Below are positions 9,263 to 19,660 of a stretch of DNA of 64,000 bases, one piece after another. How positions within the stretch are numbered: the stretch's first letter is position 1; every line of letters begins with the position of its first letter. Below the pieces are notes generated by a model. It did no database searches, was not told the DNA's origin, and saw nothing but the letters and a program-made list of their open reading frames with translations. The position numbers were made by a program, and so were the translations under genes. The stretch is from Rikenellaceae bacterium (GTDB lineage Bacteria; Bacteroidota; Bacteroidia; Bacteroidales; UBA932). The stretch spans positions 21,378 to 85,377 of the forward strand of contig DOSU01000148.1 in assembly GCA_003513895.1 (NCBI GenBank), given 5' to 3'.

Positions 9263-10387
9263 ATGCAAATAACAAATTCAGACTTTACTGTTTTAATCGT
9301 CGACGATGTCGATGCAAATGTTCTTTTGCTTAAACTTCTCCTTTCAAAAGCGGGATACAAGACTCTTACTGCCTATAACGGAAAAGACGCTCTTAAAATA
9401 ATGGACACAAACAGTCCTGATCTTATTCTATTGGATATCATGATGCCAATTATGGACGGTCATGAAGTGGCCGCTCAGTTGAAAGAGATGCCGGACAAAA
9501 AAGAGATTCCGATAATATTTCTCTCGGCTCTAAACTCATCGGAGGACATAGTGAAAGGTTTTAAACTGGGAGCAGCAGACTATGTTTCGAAGCCATTCAA
9601 TAAAGACGAACTGTTAATAAGAGTAAATCACCAGCTATCCCTTGTTTCGGCAAAAAGAACAATTTCCAGGCAAAACGAAGAACTTCAAAAAACGATTATC
9701 GGCCGTGATAAGCTCTATTCCGTTATTGCACACGACTTGCGTTCTCCAATTGGTTCCATACGTATGGTTATGAATGCGCTGGTTCTCAACATTCCAAAAG
9801 AATCCCTTGACGAGGATATGTATGAACTTCTTATCATGGGCAACAGACTTACAGAAGAGAGTTTTGTTCTTTTGGACAACTTGTTGAAGTGGACAAAAAG
9901 TCAGACAGGTCGTTTAAATACTGTTTTTCAGGACTATGTTGAGATTCTTCCTCTTATAAGGGGAGAAGTCGAACTTTCTGAAGTTGTTGCTGAATTAAAA
10001 AACATTAAAATCAAGTTAAACGGAGATACCAAAGCCAAGGCAAGAATCGACCAGGACATGATAAAAACAGTTCTGAGAAACCTTGTTGGCAACGCAATTA
10101 AATTCAGCAATCCGGGATCGGATGTGGATGTTAATGTTGCTGAGAAAGATGATTTTATCACAATTTCTGTTGTTGATTCCGGAGGAGGAATAAGTAAGGA
10201 AAATCAAGAGAAGCTTTTTAAGGCCGACACCCATTTTACCAGTTTTGGAACAGATAACGAGGAGGGATCGGGATTAGGACTCCTTTTATGCAAAGAGTTT
10301 GTTGTTAGGAATGGAGGAAAAATGTGGTTTGAGTCAACGGAGGGTAAAGGCTCTACTTTTAGTTTCGATATACCGGTTCAAAAATAA
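9263..10387 (+). CDS. Cytoplasmic hybrid histidine kinase (REC-HisKA-HATPase)
   Basis: N-terminal receiver (VDD, DIMMP, SKP); H-box AHDLRSP, N-box NLVGNAIKF, G boxes DSGGGI and GSGLGL; no transmembrane segment. Confidence 0.92.
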   Translation: MQITNSDFTVLIVDDVDANVLLLKLLLSKAGYKTLTAYNGKDALKIMDTNSPDLILLDIMMPIMDGHEVAAQLKEMPDKKEIPIIFLSALNSSEDIVKGFKLGAADYVSKPFNKDELLIRVNHQLSLVSAKRTISRQNEELQKTIIGRDKLYSVIAHDLRSPIGSIRMVMNALVLNIPKESLDEDMYELLIMGNRLTEESFVLLDNLLKWTKSQTGRLNTVFQDYVEILPLIRGEVELSEVVAELKNIKIKLNGDTKAKARIDQDMIKTVLRNLVGNAIKFSNPGSDVDVNVAEKDDFITISVVDSGGGISKENQEKLFKADTHFTSFGTDNEEGSGLGLLLCKEFVVRNGGKMWFESTEGKGSTFSFDIPVQK

Positions 10388-10469
10388 AGAAGCTTAGGTT
10401 TAAGTTACCGGTTATAATGCTCACAACTAATGGCGATGTGGTTCTCACAGTTAAAGCAATACAATATAA

Positions 10470-11516
10470 TCAGTTTCGGAAAACTAATTTGGAAATAACC
10501 GGCCGGTGATCGCTCAAGTCAATATTGGGACTTGAATAATCTATACATTTAAAATTCTTTGAATGAAGGATATAGTCTATTCTTAAAAGTCCACCCATCT
10601 CACGGTATGTGCCACCAAGCCAAGAGCCGGCCTCCCGAAAACCATCAATAAGATTTTTACCTTTTATTGTTGAGAATGTATATGAAGTGGGGATGTCGTT
10701 AAAGTCTCCGCAAACGATTACCGGAATGGTCGTAGTATCGATAATTGACCTAACTGCGTCGGCCTGATATGCCCGGATTATTGAGTTTTTCTGTAAAAAT
10801 TCAATATTTCGGCTTACGTCTGCTTTAAGATCTCTGATATAGTTTGTGGTTTGAAGATGGTTATTAATTATTCGTATAATTCTACTACTATCTATCTTAA
10901 TATCAGCCCATATTAGTCCATTTCCGGTGTCTTCAAAATTGACTTTTTGGGCTCTGATGATTGGGTAGCGGCTAAATATTGCCATCCCAATTTCATTTTT
11001 ATCCGGTTCTTTGAAATAGTAATATGGAAGAAAGTCAAATGATCCAATCAGCTCAGCAGAGTTAAGAAAATATGGTACTTTGTACTCCTGAAAACAAATT
11101 ACACTTATATTCCGGGACTTAACAAATTCAGCCACTTGGCTAACGGAAGTCTGATCATTTATATATTTAAATTCATGAATGTTATAGGAAGCAATACTAA
11201 CAGATAATTTTATATCTGAAATTAAGTTGGAATTACCAGATCGGAATTGAATATTACTTAATATGGAGTTGTAGTTAATACTCAGAGCCAGAAGAGGAAT
11301 TAAAACGAAAAAACTTTTTCTTATAGACCAATAAATTATCAGGATCAGAGACGAAATAATTATTAAGGGCAAAATAAGTCCTATTAGATTGGCGTAGCTC
11401 CCAGGTTCGGGCCGTGAAAGGCCGGAAATAGCTGTTGTTATTGATAAAATCAATACTATGAATGATGCAACAGTCATAAAAAAGTCTGTCAAAAATAGTA
11501 TTCGAATTTTATTCAT
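10470..11516 (-). CDS. Membrane-anchored endonuclease/exonuclease/phosphatase (EEP) family protein
   Basis: Three N-terminal hydrophobic helices; SYNI, ICFQE, IFSRYPI, NNHLQT, CGDFND, RIDYI, SDHRPV. Confidence 0.85.
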   Translation of the reverse strand: MNKIRILFLTDFFMTVASFIVLILSITTAISGLSRPEPGSYANLIGLILPLIIISSLILIIYWSIRKSFFVLIPLLALSINYNSILSNIQFRSGNSNLISDIKLSVSIASYNIHEFKYINDQTSVSQVAEFVKSRNISVICFQEYKVPYFLNSAELIGSFDFLPYYYFKEPDKNEIGMAIFSRYPIIRAQKVNFEDTGNGLIWADIKIDSSRIIRIINNHLQTTNYIRDLKADVSRNIEFLQKNSIIRAYQADAVRSIIDTTTIPVIVCGDFNDIPTSYTFSTIKGKNLIDGFREAGSWLGGTYREMGGLLRIDYILHSKNFKCIDYSSPNIDLSDHRPVISKLVFRN

Positions 11517-11534
11517 AGTTACATATTATAAGAA

Positions 11535-11542
11535 CAAATTTA
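11535..11542 (-). promoter_or_regulatory. -7 element (TAAATTTG) for the EEP gene
   Basis: caaattta on +, 19 nt before the start codon. Confidence 0.45.
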
Positions 11543-11686
11543 TCATGTATTATTTAAATGCCAAATTGTTTTTGTATTAGTTCGTATTTAAGATTATAAA
11601 TATTTTTCAGAAACAGGTAATTGTTGACGCTTTTTTGTATTTTTACACATTAAAATTAGAGGGATTGTATAAAATCAAAAGTTATC

Positions 11687-12052
11687 GTGAAAAAGAAAGT
11701 ACTAATTGTAGATGACAAGCAGACAATTGCCAAGATAATTCAAGTCTATATTTCAGATATGTTTGAATGCATTTACTTTGATGATCCGATTAAATCTATT
11801 GCCTGGCTGCAGGAAGGTAACTTGCCCGACTTAATAATATCAGATATCAATATGCCAAATATGAGTGGGGTTGAATTTCTTGACTATATAAAGAAGAACG
11901 AACTTTTCAAAGCCATTCCGTTTGTAATTCTCTCAGGAGAGGATAGTACTACTCAAAAAATTGAACTTTTAGAAAAAGGGGCAGATGATTATATATCTAA
12001 GCCGTTTAATCCAATGGAGTTGAAAGTACGCCTTAAAAAAATTATTGAGTGA
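11687..12052 (+). CDS. Stand-alone response-regulator receiver
   Basis: VLIVDD, DLIISDINMP, GADDYISKPF; 121 aa; GTG start; stop overlaps the next start. Confidence 0.88.
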   Translation: MKKKVLIVDDKQTIAKIIQVYISDMFECIYFDDPIKSIAWLQEGNLPDLIISDINMPNMSGVEFLDYIKKNELFKAIPFVILSGEDSTTQKIELLEKGADDYISKPFNPMELKVRLKKIIE

Positions 12053-13230
12053 TAGTATTTGTCATATACGTCGGAGATAATGAGGTGTTTATATCTCATT
12101 TCAACAGGCTTTTAAAAGGCGAACTTGAAATATCATCCGACCTGTCTCGATTTTCAGTGATTCTCAAAAAGAACATAAATTCACTCCCTGTTATGGTCCT
12201 TTTTGAAAAGTCCAAAATGGACGATGATATTAAAAAAATAAAACTCATCAAACAAGAATTGCCACTAGCATACATTGTTCTTGTAACTTCTGAGATAGGG
12301 AAAAATGAAATTCCACAATATCAGGCAGCCGGATTAAAAGATACAATATCCCCGAATGTTAGTGAAACACGGCTCAATAACGGTCTGGAGTTTATTGCAA
12401 AGAATCAGATGCTTATTGCAGATTCAGCACACGAACATCTTCCTATTGGTACATATGAGATTCCGATATGGAAAAGATGTTTTGATATTTTGTTTTCACT
12501 TGCAGCTATTGTCATTCTGTCTCCAATACTTATTGTTGTTGCCGCAATGATTAGAATTGAAAGCCAGGGGCCTGTTATATATAAATCGAAAAGAGTCGGG
12601 AGCAATTACGAAATATTTGATTTTTATAAATTTCGCTCAATGTATAAGGATGCAGATAAAAGGCTCAAAGAATTTTTAAGTCTCAATCAATACAAGGAAG
12701 TTGATCCTTTATTATACGACTATTCCGATGAGATTACTCAAATCCCAGTTGTAAAGTACTCTCTGTCGGATAGTTCCTTTGTGTCGGACAACTCATTTGT
12801 TTCCGATGACGAAGTAATATCTGAGAAAGAATTTCTTAGAGAAAAAGGTAACAAGCAAAGGAATAATTTTATTAAATATGAGAATGATCCACGTATTACA
12901 AAAATGGGTAAGTTTATAAGAAAATTCAGCATAGACGAAGTTCCACAGTTAATTAATATTTTATTGGGGGATATGTCTATTGTCGGTAACAGGCCTTTAC
13001 CTCTTTATGAGGCAGAACAACTTACTTCAGACCAATATATTGACAGGTTTTTGGGACCTGCCGGCTTAACTGGATTATGGCAAGTTGAGAAAAGGGGAGA
13101 TTCAGGTAAACTATCACCCGAAGAACGAAAACAGCTTGATATATACTACGCTAAAAATTATTCTTTTTGGATGGATTTAAAAATTGTTTTAAAGACTTTT
13201 ACGGCATTCATTCAGAAAGAGAATGTATAA
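12049..13230 (+). CDS. Priming phosphoglycosyl transferase (bacterial sugar transferase) with an N-terminal receiver-like region
   Basis: KRCFDI, FYKFRSM, NDPRITKMGKFIRKFSIDEVPQ, GDMSIVGNRP, GLTGLWQV; about 120 aa alpha/beta N-terminal extension. Confidence 0.88.
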   Translation: MIVFVIYVGDNEVFISHFNRLLKGELEISSDLSRFSVILKKNINSLPVMVLFEKSKMDDDIKKIKLIKQELPLAYIVLVTSEIGKNEIPQYQAAGLKDTISPNVSETRLNNGLEFIAKNQMLIADSAHEHLPIGTYEIPIWKRCFDILFSLAAIVILSPILIVVAAMIRIESQGPVIYKSKRVGSNYEIFDFYKFRSMYKDADKRLKEFLSLNQYKEVDPLLYDYSDEITQIPVVKYSLSDSSFVSDNSFVSDDEVISEKEFLREKGNKQRNNFIKYENDPRITKMGKFIRKFSIDEVPQLINILLGDMSIVGNRPLPLYEAEQLTSDQYIDRFLGPAGLTGLWQVEKRGDSGKLSPEERKQLDIYYAKNYSFWMDLKIVLKTFTAFIQKENV

Positions 13231-13241
13231 TTAAACAAACT

Positions 13242-13961
13242 ATGAAAAGATATTTCATCTTGCTAATAATATTTTGCGCAATCGGTGGAAACCTTTCTGC
13301 TCAAGTATCGGCCAGAGAGCTAGTTGAATTAAGATTGCCCCCTTTAGATACATTGTTTAAGGGAGCGATGAATAGTTCAATGGTTCAGTTTTATAATTTA
13401 CGGATGGAGGGACAGGAGCTCGCTCTTAAAACAGAAAAAAAGAAATGGCTTGAATACTTTAGTCTTTTTGGGTCTTATCAATATGGTATAATGGGAGTTA
13501 ATTCCTTTACGAACTTGGGAACTGACTATCCATTGATATATCAAAATTCGGGAGCAAGCCAACTATGGTATAATGCAGGTGCTTCAATAGCGATACCTCT
13601 TGATAGAATATTTGATCGCGGAAACAGAATCAGAATGCAACAATTAAAGATTCAGGAGACGCTCAAAGAAAGAGAAATGTGGTATGACGATCAAAGACAA
13701 AAAATTACAGAGTTGTATTACAGAGCGCAGGAGATGCTTAACACCCTTAAATATGTAATTGAACAATGCTCAATGGCAGATTCTCAGCTGGAAGCGGCTC
13801 AAAGGGACTATATAATGGGTAAATTGAATGCTCAGGAATTAAACTCTGCAAAAGGCACTCAGGTCCAATCTTATATCCAAATGGAAAAAGTATTGTCGGA
13901 ACTTAATAAATCACTGAAAGGCTTAGAAATAGTATCAAAAATTAAAATTCTGAACAAATAA
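13242..13961 (+). CDS. Short TolC/OEP-like outer-membrane protein
   Basis: Signal peptide from ATG 13242; helices around a beta hairpin (FGSYQYG...YNAGASIAIPLDRIF), then long coiled-coil helices; about 240 aa. Confidence 0.65.
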   Translation: MKRYFILLIIFCAIGGNLSAQVSARELVELRLPPLDTLFKGAMNSSMVQFYNLRMEGQELALKTEKKKWLEYFSLFGSYQYGIMGVNSFTNLGTDYPLIYQNSGASQLWYNAGASIAIPLDRIFDRGNRIRMQQLKIQETLKEREMWYDDQRQKITELYYRAQEMLNTLKYVIEQCSMADSQLEAAQRDYIMGKLNAQELNSAKGTQVQSYIQMEKVLSELNKSLKGLEIVSKIKILNK

Positions 13962-16115
13962 ATGGATATTCTATCTCAAATAGTCAAATTATTGTACAGA
14001 AATAAGTACTGGTTAGTTATACTGCCCATACTTGCTACAATTTTTGCAATATACCAAACAAAAAATTTGACTCGGGTATATGAGGTAAGTACTACTATTT
14101 ATACAGGAATTGCATCGGGTTTCACAATAGAGTCGGGATTGGAGAGCGGAAGGGTGGATTGGAGCACGGTAAATAATGGAATGGACAATCTCATAAGTAT
14201 AATTAAGTCTAAAGGTACATTAAGAAACGTATCATTAAGACTTTATGTACAGGATATGATGTACGGCGACTCATTAAAGGACAATAATTATATTCAGGCA
14301 AATAATTTCAGAAACCTTGTAAGAATAACACCTAAGGAAGTAAGGGCGCTTATTGACAAATCATCTGAAGAAAAAACCATCCAGAACCTTAATGCATACG
14401 AGAAAGCAACTCCAACAAACTTTGTTTATGGCCTTTTTAACTGGATCCACCCTCACTATAGCTATACAGCACTTAGTAACATTGAAGTAAGCCGGCTATA
14501 CAATAGTGATATGCTGGAAATCAAGTACTCTTCAAACGATCCTGGTATAGCATATAATACGCTTGTTATTCTGAATGATGAATTTCCAAAGCAATACAGG
14601 CTTTTAAGATTTGGTGAAACAAATGACGTTGTCGAATATTTTAGAAATGAATTGGCAAGACTCACATTAAAACTGAGACTCTCAGAAGACACACTTACTC
14701 AATATTCCATTGATAAAAAGGTTATAAACTATGCCGAACAGACAAAGCAAGTCACGGCCTTATCAAAGGATTATGAAATAATGTATTATGGTATACTGCT
14801 GAAATATACCAGTTCAACAACGATGGTTGCTGAATTGGAAAAAAGGATTTCGGAACAGGCTAAGGCTATTGAAAAAAATGGTATTTTTCTTAAAAAACTA
14901 GATGAAATATCTCAATTGAGTACACAGATAGTTAGACTCGAAGCATTTCAAAATGACTCATCCTCAACATATAGCAATACAATAAAAGCATATAAGGAAA
15001 AACGCAATTTGGCTGAAATTGATTTAAAAGCCTATTCAGCGGCCATTTATGATCAAAAATACACTAAGGAAGGGGTCGCTTCAAGCTCTTTTGTGGATGA
15101 ATGGATTGTCGAGCTTATCGAACGTGAAAAATCGACGGCAGAGCTCAAAGTAATGGAAGAAATCCGAAAGAGCCTTGACCAGCAATATGTTTATTACTCT
15201 CCAATCGGATCTACTCTTAAAAGAATAGAGAGGAATATCAGTTTTACAGAACAATCATATCTTAGTGTCTTGCAGAGTTTAAATACTGCTTTGTTAAGGC
15301 AGAAGACTCTGCAGATGAATTCTGCAAACCTTAAGCCTATAAATCAGCCTCTTTTTCCTGTTGCTCCTATGCCTACTGCGAGAAAAATGATTGTTCTGGC
15401 AACGCTTATAGGTACTTTCGTATTTATCCTTTCATTCCTTATCCTGCTTGAAATATTTGATAAGACAGTAAGGGACAAACAAAGAGCAGAAAGATTGATA
15501 CCAGCTAAAGTTCTTGGAGCATTCCCAAGGAAAAACAGGTTCAGATTCAGGTCATACAGGAAGGAATACGAAAGGATTGCTACAAATTATATGGCCAATT
15601 CAATAATTCCTTATCTTAATCCTAAAGAAAAACCAGATATAATTAACTTTATTAGCACTGATGATGGTACAGGTAAATCGAAATTAATAGAACATCTGAG
15701 CAATTATTGGAATGAAAGAGGGCTGATTGTAAGAGTAATGTCATGGCATGATGATAATTTCGGAGATTCAAGGGATTTCCTTCTTTCAAATAATCTCTAT
15801 GACTTTTTTGATTACGATAATGAAGATATAATTCTGGTAGAACACCGTTCGATATTAAAATCGGCAATTCCTGCCGGACTGCTTAAAGAAGCATCATTGA
15901 ATCTGGTTGTCGTGAGAGCAGATAAAGTGTGGCGGGATATTGACAAAATTGCGTTTGACAGACTTAAAATTCAGGCTAATAATACTCCGGTTTTGCTTTA
16001 CCTTAACCAGGCATCCAGAGATGTTACTGAAAGTTTCCTTGGACTAATGCCTCCTTATTCAAAATTGAGGACATTCGTTTATAAAATGATTCAATTTGGC
16101 TTAACATCAAAGTAA
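13962..16115 (+). CDS. GumC/Wzc-like polysaccharide co-polymerase
   Basis: Two TM segments around a large coiled-coil periplasmic region; C-terminal domain with Walker A-like STDDGTGKS; no C-terminal Tyr cluster. Confidence 0.8.
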   Translation: MDILSQIVKLLYRNKYWLVILPILATIFAIYQTKNLTRVYEVSTTIYTGIASGFTIESGLESGRVDWSTVNNGMDNLISIIKSKGTLRNVSLRLYVQDMMYGDSLKDNNYIQANNFRNLVRITPKEVRALIDKSSEEKTIQNLNAYEKATPTNFVYGLFNWIHPHYSYTALSNIEVSRLYNSDMLEIKYSSNDPGIAYNTLVILNDEFPKQYRLLRFGETNDVVEYFRNELARLTLKLRLSEDTLTQYSIDKKVINYAEQTKQVTALSKDYEIMYYGILLKYTSSTTMVAELEKRISEQAKAIEKNGIFLKKLDEISQLSTQIVRLEAFQNDSSSTYSNTIKAYKEKRNLAEIDLKAYSAAIYDQKYTKEGVASSSFVDEWIVELIEREKSTAELKVMEEIRKSLDQQYVYYSPIGSTLKRIERNISFTEQSYLSVLQSLNTALLRQKTLQMNSANLKPINQPLFPVAPMPTARKMIVLATLIGTFVFILSFLILLEIFDKTVRDKQRAERLIPAKVLGAFPRKNRFRFRSYRKEYERIATNYMANSIIPYLNPKEKPDIINFISTDDGTGKSKLIEHLSNYWNERGLIVRVMSWHDDNFGDSRDFLLSNNLYDFFDYDNEDIILVEHRSILKSAIPAGLLKEASLNLVVVRADKVWRDIDKIAFDRLKIQANNTPVLLYLNQASRDVTESFLGLMPPYSKLRTFVYKMIQFGLTSK

Positions 16116-16124
16116 AGGAGTTCA

Positions 16125-17606
16125 GTGGATATTGGAAAATTTATTGTCGATAATGTAAATAAGCCTCTAGTATATGCGTTTCTGATGCTATCAGTATACG
16201 CAATTACATTTATTACACTCAGGTTTGGCTTTGTTTTTGGGCTTGCAGTTTCCTTTGCTCCTTTAGTTATTCTTTATCTTATACTCATCATTAATAATCC
16301 ATACTGGGGATTCTTTGCAATATTCATCTTAAATTATTATATATCAGGCCTGTCCAGGTATATTAAAGTAATATCTCCCGGTATAATAATGGATGTACTT
16401 CTTGTAGTCACTATTATATCACTGATTTTTCAGGTTTTTAAAAGTGATACAAAATATCAATGGGGAAGAGCAAATAACTCTCTGGTTGTTTTGGCGTTTA
16501 TTTGGTTTCTATATTGTGTTCTTGAACTTCTTAATCCAGGTTCTTCTGCAGTGGGATGGATAACATCTGTAAGAGGAATAGGTGTATACTTTTTAATAAT
16601 AGTTGTAATTACTTCAATAATTGTGAAAAGATACAGGGACTTCAAAACACTTTTGGTTACCTGGGCAATTTTGGCATTAACTGCAGTATTAAAAGCTTTA
16701 ATACAAAAATATTTTGGTTTTGACGCTTGGGAATCGAGGTGGCTATATCTCGAAGGCGGGATGGCAACTCATATAATATATTCCGGAGTCAGATACTTTT
16801 CGTTCTTTACAGATGCGGCTAACTTTGGAACAGGAATAGCATTTTCAGGAATTGTTTTTGCGATTACATCTGTTTACATTAAGGGTCTCAGACTCAAAAT
16901 ATTTTTTTTCCTGACATTCCTTGCTTGTATGTATGCTATGCTGATTTCCGGAACAAGAGGGTCAATTGCCGTCCCTTTTGTAGGGTTTACATTATTCGCA
17001 TTTCTATCCAGAAATACAAGAATAATGATTTTTTCCTCGGTTGTTGTTATAACTGCATATCTTTTATTAAACTTTACCAGCTACGGAAACGGAATATCGT
17101 ATATAAGAAGGCTACGCTCGGCTTTTAATATTGAAGATGCATCCTTTCAAGTTCGGATAGAAAATCAGAAGAAATTAAAAGTATATTTAGCCGACAAACC
17201 TATCGGAGCCGGAATAGGAATGAGCAGGGGTAGTGCAAAAACATACAGGCCCGATTCATATCTGGCGCAAATTCCAAACGACTCATGGTATGTTATGATT
17301 TGGGTTGAAACAGGTATAATTGGGCTGGTACTTCATGTTTTTATACTCCTTTATATAGTTTCATACGGAGCTTATATTGTTTATTTCCGCCTGAAAGACA
17401 ATGAACTTAGAGGCCTGGTCACGGCGCTTATATGTGGACTCTGCGGAGTATATGTTGCTTCCTACAGCCTTGAAATTATGGGACAGTTTCCTACCGGATT
17501 TATCCTTTATATAAGTATGACTCTTATTTTTATTAGTCCAAAATTCGATGAAGAGATTGAGGAGATGAAAAAAATAAACGATAAGAAGTATGAAATCACT
17601 ACCTGA
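16125..17606 (+). CDS. O-antigen ligase/Wzy-like polymerase
   Basis: More than 10 TM segments; ISGTRGS, DASFQVR, PIGAGIG, IPNDSWYV..WVETGIIG. Confidence 0.8.
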   Translation: MDIGKFIVDNVNKPLVYAFLMLSVYAITFITLRFGFVFGLAVSFAPLVILYLILIINNPYWGFFAIFILNYYISGLSRYIKVISPGIIMDVLLVVTIISLIFQVFKSDTKYQWGRANNSLVVLAFIWFLYCVLELLNPGSSAVGWITSVRGIGVYFLIIVVITSIIVKRYRDFKTLLVTWAILALTAVLKALIQKYFGFDAWESRWLYLEGGMATHIIYSGVRYFSFFTDAANFGTGIAFSGIVFAITSVYIKGLRLKIFFFLTFLACMYAMLISGTRGSIAVPFVGFTLFAFLSRNTRIMIFSSVVVITAYLLLNFTSYGNGISYIRRLRSAFNIEDASFQVRIENQKKLKVYLADKPIGAGIGMSRGSAKTYRPDSYLAQIPNDSWYVMIWVETGIIGLVLHVFILLYIVSYGAYIVYFRLKDNELRGLVTALICGLCGVYVASYSLEIMGQFPTGFILYISMTLIFISPKFDEEIEEMKKINDKKYEITT

Positions 17607-18492
17607 TATATCTTTCGTTATTTTAAACTATAACGGATTAAAAGACACGAGGGAACTGCTGATAAGTATTAAGAAAAATCTGCGGGACATTCTTTATGAA
17701 GTAATTGTTGTTGACAATGACTCAAGTGCAGATGAGTATTCAGAACTTAAGAATGAGTTTCAAGAATATATAATTTTGAGTAACCAGGCAAACCTTGGGT
17801 TTGCCGGAGGAAATAATATTGGAATAAAAGCAAGCACCGGGCGCTATATAATGCTCATCAACAACGATACATTATTAGCGGATTCTTCTATAAACAGGCT
17901 AGTGAAAAATCTTGATGAACACCCCGAAATTGGTGCCGTATCTCCAAAAATTCATTTTTTTTCGCCTTCGGGAGTTATTCAATATGCAGGATATACAAAA
18001 TTATCCAGAATTACTTTAAGAAATAAAGGCATTGGATTTGGAGAAACTGACAGAGGTCAGTACGACATATCCGGGCGTACTGAATCGGTACATGGAGCAG
18101 CAATGATGATCCGCAGGGAGGTAATAAACAAAGTTGGGCTGATGCCGGAGGATTATTTTCTATATTATGAGGAGTTGGACTGGAGTGAGATGATTAAAAA
18201 AGCCGGATTTGAAATATGGTTTGACCCGAGTGCTGTAATCGTTCACAAGGAAAGTAGGAGTACAGGAAGAAATAGTCCTTTAAAAAAGTACTACATGGTA
18301 CGAAACAGACTTATATTTGCTAAAAGGAACAGAAGCGGATTAACTAGAATATTTGCCATTCTCTATCAGCTAACCATTGCTGATATTAGAGAATTAATTG
18401 GATCTCTTTTAGTTGGCAGAGTTGACTTGGCTATTGCAATTATTCATGGTGTAATGGATTTTTTCTTAAACAAAAAGAATTATTCTAAATAA
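17590..18492 (+). CDS. GT2 glycosyltransferase
   Basis: VILNYN, VVDNDS, NLGFAGGNN, INND, YFLYYEELDW. Confidence 0.9.
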   Translation: MKSLPDISFVILNYNGLKDTRELLISIKKNLRDILYEVIVVDNDSSADEYSELKNEFQEYIILSNQANLGFAGGNNIGIKASTGRYIMLINNDTLLADSSINRLVKNLDEHPEIGAVSPKIHFFSPSGVIQYAGYTKLSRITLRNKGIGFGETDRGQYDISGRTESVHGAAMMIRREVINKVGLMPEDYFLYYEELDWSEMIKKAGFEIWFDPSAVIVHKESRSTGRNSPLKKYYMVRNRLIFAKRNRSGLTRIFAILYQLTIADIRELIGSLLVGRVDLAIAIIHGVMDFFLNKKNYSK

Positions 18493-18499
18493 TCAAAAA

Positions 18500-19657
18500 A
18501 TGGAAAACTTGCTTTTCATCACAGATAAGGTATTTTTTATAATTGTTGCAATTTCGGTTATATATGCTTTTGTATTTGCTTTTTTTTCTGTTTTAGGCAA
18601 AAAAAAGAGATATCCTCATGCAAAAAAACAAGACAAATTTTTGATTCTGGTTCCTGCATATAAAGAGGATAGGGTTATCCTTCAAGCTGTTGAGTCAATT
18701 TTGGAACAGGAATATCCTGAAAACAAAATGGATGTTGTTGTAATTTCGGATAGGATGGAAAATGCAACCAACCATATTCTATCTGAGATGCCTGTAATCC
18801 TTATGGAAATTAATCCTGAGCAAAGCACAAAGGCTTATGCCCTGAATTATGCTATAGATAATCTGCCGAACAACAGTTACGACGTAGTTGTAATCTTAGA
18901 TGCGGATAATATTGTAGGAACCAGGTACATTTCGGAAATTAATGATGCTTTTTATTCCGGAGACTCTGCCTTACAAACTCACAGAACGGCAAAGAATCTA
19001 GACAATGACATGGCAATTCTTGATGCGATGAGTGAGGAGATTAACAACTCTATTTATAGGAAAGGGCATGTAAAAATTGGATTATCATCCGCTTTGATTG
19101 GTTCGGGGATGGCATTTGAATACAAATGGTTTTGTGAGAATGTTCGTAAACTTACATCAGCTGGTGAAGACAAGGAGTTGGAGATACTCCTTCTCAAAGA
19201 AGGTATTTTTATTGATTTTCTTGACTATGTTTTTGTTTATGACGAGAAAGTGAAAAAGGATGAGGTTTTTTATAATCAACGCAGGAGATGGCTTTCTGCT
19301 CAATTTGGATCATTGTACAATGGTTTGAAGTATGTACCGAAGGCACTATTAAATTTAAATCTGGATTATCTGGATAAAATTTTCCAGTGGATATTGCTCC
19401 CGAAAATTGTTCTGCTCGGAATGATTTCAATAATTATAATCGTCACAACGATTATAAGCATTGAGCTGTCTTTCAAGTGGTGGGTTCTTCTTTTGCTTTT
19501 AATGACCTCGTTTATGTTAGCCCTGCCGGGCTTTCTCATAACTGCAAAAAATATTGGAGTAATAAAAAAATTGCCACTGCTATTTTTGCTTATGCTTATA
19601 AACCTGTTCAGAACAAAAGGAGCAGACAATAAATTTATTCACACCCCCAAAGGTTAA
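18500..19657 (+). CDS. Membrane GT2 glycosyltransferase (cellulose synthase/PgaC-like)
   Basis: VPAYKED, KAYALN, ILDADN, GEDKE, QRRRW; N- and C-terminal TM helices. Confidence 0.88.
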   Translation: MENLLFITDKVFFIIVAISVIYAFVFAFFSVLGKKKRYPHAKKQDKFLILVPAYKEDRVILQAVESILEQEYPENKMDVVVISDRMENATNHILSEMPVILMEINPEQSTKAYALNYAIDNLPNNSYDVVVILDADNIVGTRYISEINDAFYSGDSALQTHRTAKNLDNDMAILDAMSEEINNSIYRKGHVKIGLSSALIGSGMAFEYKWFCENVRKLTSAGEDKELEILLLKEGIFIDFLDYVFVYDEKVKKDEVFYNQRRRWLSAQFGSLYNGLKYVPKALLNLNLDYLDKIFQWILLPKIVLLGMISIIIIVTTIISIELSFKWWVLLLLLMTSFMLALPGFLITAKNIGVIKKLPLLFLLMLINLFRTKGADNKFIHTPKG

Positions 19658-19660
19658 GAA

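Noticed and set aside
12763..12810. Imperfect 18-nt tandem repeat (LSDSSF-VSDNSF-VSDD) in the sugar transferase
   Set aside because: In-frame, degenerate loop duplication; no sign of phase variation.
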